This document shows, one piece after another, positions 47,780 through 50,931 of a stretch of DNA of 50,931 nucleotides. The notes below the pieces were generated by a model, which ran no database searches, was not told where the DNA came from, and worked only from the letters and a program-made list of their open reading frames with translations. A program made the translations under genes and the position numbers. The stretch spans positions 84,830,794-84,881,724 of the forward strand of contig NC_068988.1 in the NCBI RefSeq assembly GCF_001194135.2. The letters are read 5' to 3'. Position 1 is the stretch's first letter, and every line of letters begins with the position of its first letter. Origin of the DNA: Octopus bimaculoides. Lineage: Eukaryota.

Positions 47780-48335
47780 ATCAATCACGGACAAGAAAGT
47801 GAATTTCAACACAGAGTATGGAGAATCAAATCCTGTACCTCTCAGATACTGCTGGCTACCCTGTACCATTAAGGTTAACAACTCCTGACAACAGCTACCA
47901 TCAATTTTGATACCAAGTAATAGCTTTATGGACTCTAGGAGCATTTCATAAACAGTCTTTAAGAGCACCAAGTGTATTGGTATTTTACAGACAAGAAGGT
48001 AAATTTTGAATGTAATGTAGCTGTGAAAACAATTGAGAAAGATTGAGCATTTACTCCAAAATGTTCCCACATTCCAAAAACCTATTACTTAGAATTAAAA
48101 CTGATGATACTTGTTGTCAGGGGCTGCTTAGCTTAATGTACAGAGCAGTCAGCCAGTATCTGAGAGTACAAGGTTTAATTCTCTGTAGCTGCCTTCTGGC
48201 AACTTTTTGTCTGTTTTCTAAGTTTAAATACTCAATCTTTCTCAGCTGTTTTCACAGCTACACTGCATTCGAAATTTGCTTTCTGGTCTGTAAAATACCA
48301 ACACACTTGATGCTCCTAACGTTTGTTTACAATAT
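47780..48335. repeat. Two circularly permuted copies of a ~260-bp unit, head to head, with a tRNA-like segment
   Basis: 47821-47923 is reverse-complementary to 48082-48183, and 47959-48054 to 48225-48319; tRNA-like fold at 48122-48192. Confidence 0.75.
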
Positions 48336-49555
48336 ACACACACGCATGTGAGCGTGTGAGTGTGTTTGTATATAACTGGGTCCCTTACCCCATTTCCTCC
48401 ACAAGCTATCCCATCACCCATCACTTCTATCACTGACTCCTCCATCGCCAGCCTAATTTCAATATTTTGCTGGGGTAGTTAAGTGTGATTTCATCATCTT
48501 TTTCTCTGATACCAGTTATATTTCTCATTGACTTGCTAACCATCCTTCCTTCCTTCTTAATACTGTCCCTCTCCATTCATATTTTACATTGATCGCCTTT
48601 CTATGGCACCAAATTATCTCTCTTTTTCCACCACCATGTAACTTTCACCCACACCACGCACTACATCTGCCTCTCCTCTCACATTCTTGATACCTACCCA
48701 CCAACATTTCATTTCTGTTTCCCTCATACTTCCACTGTCTACTGCACTATTATTACTATTCTACTGTCTTACATGCCTTTTTGTATGGTTTATCATCATC
48801 ACCTACTCTCCCCTATCATCTACCAATACATATGTATTATTGATCATCCCAAACCTTATCCACCATCCACAACATCTACCCCTCAGCCCTACTCAGTCTT
48901 TGCACTCATCATCTACTCTTGCCTATACTTGTTCATCATTTATTATATTAACCCTTCACCCACTCCCCATCTCTAATCACTCCTCACTCTCCCTATACCC
49001 TCTTGCAACTTCTACCACCATTTTCTGTCCTTCTGTTCTTATTCACTTCTACTAACTCTGTACCTGGAGGATGCCACCCTAATATCTCATCACAGTTTTT
49101 AATCTCTTTCCAGCTCATCCACAGTTACTCCCAGCCTCTCAACAACAATGTGAATATCCATGTATCCTCTCTACAGCAAGAAACCTGTTCTGTTCTGGCT
49201 CCTCTCATACTTTAAACTTCATCTCCTAGTATAAAACTGTCTGTATCTCTTAATGTAGCAGCACTCGGTTGATGGGGATCTTAGTATTGCAAGCTGCATT
49301 GTAACTTTACTCGTGCTGGTGCCACATAAAATGTACCCAGAATACTCTGTAAAGTGGTTGAAATTATGAAGAACATTCAGCTGTAAAAGCCATGTCCAAG
49401 CAGATACTGGATCATAAGGTAATCTTTGGAGTCATTGGATCTTGTCAAACCATTCAACCTCTGGCTGCATGGAATATGAACATTAAAAGAATATGATGAT
49501 AAATATATATACATACAGTCATGTTGCAAAATACAAGCTGTGGTAAATTACAGGC

Positions 49556-49680
49556 ACTGCCAAATTAGATTGGAGCCTGGTGTTGCCATCCGGTTTCACC
49601 AGTCCTCAGTCAAATCGTCCAACCCATGCTAGCATGGAAGACGGACGTTAAACGACGATGATGATGATGATGATGATGAC
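49556..49680 (+). mobile_element. SINE family C (young subfamily) 3' fragment
   Basis: Near-identical to the 41150 and 50614 copies; (GAT)n tail. Confidence 0.9.
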
Positions 49681-49688
49681 TTCAGTAG

Positions 49689-49726
<38 letters not shown>

Positions 49727-50613
49727 CATTTCACATGCATACACATACATGCATGCATATATACATACCCTCATCCATAGCCATCATTCTCATCATCATT
49801 GTTTTACAACTGATTTCCATGCTGCCTTGGGCTGGATGGGCTATCATAGTCCAAGTCAGTTCTTATTCTAAGTTACTGCCTTCCTATGTGTACTCAGGGA
49901 TCCTGTTGTACATTTTATTCTTAGCATCAACCAATTTGCAATGTTAACTGAATACATTTTATCATGGTACTAATACTAGAGAAATATTCATGTCCTCCAC
50001 AAAACAAGACTAAAGTATCCTCTTGTCCTTACATTGTCTCTACATATTTGTTAACCACTTTACATTGTATACTGAATGCCTTTTATTATGGTACCAGTAC
50101 TAGTGACTTTGTCTTGAAATCCACATGACTAAAGGGTGCTTACTCCATTTAGACAGCACAATTTGACCTTTAAAGTGGATAGAAGAGATAGCAATTACAG
50201 AACAGGAATTAGGATGAGAGGGAGACAGAAGCAAAAGTATATTGGAAGTATATTGGATAACAGAGTGAAAGAAGAGGGAGAAATGGGAGAGTGACATTGG
50301 CAGAGGAGTAATGAAGAGGGATAGCTGTGGCAGAGTGTAATAAGAGAAACAGGGGGTAACGGGGAGGAGACACTAATGGCAACATGTTTACTGGTAAGAG
50401 AGTGAGTGAGTGATGGACAGTTAGTAATGAGCCACCTGAGGGGAGGTGAAGTGGCAGCTAGTAGCAGAGAAGAGTTAGAGTTAGGAAGAGAGAATGTGTA
50501 ATGGATAGTGGAGAGGGTAGTGTCTTGTGTGTGTGTGTGTAAATATATATATTTATAAATTATAAATTATATATATATATAGCATATATCTATGTATATA
50601 TGTATGCATGGAT

Positions 50614-50931
50614 ATCATCATCATCATCATCATCGTCGTTTAACGTCCGCTTTGCATGCTAGCATGGGTTGGACGATTTGACTGAGGACTGGTGAAACCA
50701 GATGGCTACACCAGGCTCCAATCTGATTTGGCAGAGTTTCTACAGCTGGATGCCCTTCCTAGCGCCAACCACTCAGAGAGTGCAGAGGGTGCTTTTACGT
50801 GCCACCGGCACGAAGGCCAGTCAGGTGGTACTGGCAATGGCCACGCTCAAAATGGTGTATTTTATGTGCCACCCACACAAGAGCCAGTCCAGGGGCACTG
50901 GCAACGATCTCGCTCGAAAGTCCTTACACAT
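50614..50931 (-). mobile_element. SINE family C (young subfamily), runs off the window
   Basis: Same body plus ~66-bp internal repeat units from ~50798. Confidence 0.9.

Noticed and set aside
48400-50520. Pyrimidine-rich block (48400-49200) opposite a purine-rich block (50150-50520), suggesting an inverted repeat
   Set aside because: Only compositional complementarity; I found no alignable sequence match.

Overview
AT-rich, repeat-saturated eukaryotic genomic DNA with nine assembly gaps. The X-rich ORFs in the track are gap artefacts. The SINE families and microsatellite load resemble an octopod cephalopod scaffold (inference, not a database result). I find no complete protein-coding gene. 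The window is a layered collection of decayed transposable elements: a deleted Ty3/Gypsy pol, a Helitron Rep-helicase, Tx1/L1, R4/Dong, CR1 and RTE LINE ends, four Penelope-like (PLE) fragments, three mariner (one with a countable D,D34D spacing), one maT-like and two Tc1 elements, a hAT (probably hATm-type) transposase, two hAT MITEs with 8-bp TSDs, two foldback elements, more than 25 SINE copies from about four families, and many micro- and minisatellites. Most notable are a near-complete minimal type I hammerhead ribozyme fold at 23950-24001, a second degenerate one at 39208-39242 (minus strand), and a head-to-head circularly permuted ~260-bp unit with a tRNA-like segment (47780-48335). There are also two CpG-rich promoter-like islands, one containing a plausible 26-codon first exon (42019-41942, minus strand). 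Coordinates of old TEs and SINEs are approximate (tens of bp).
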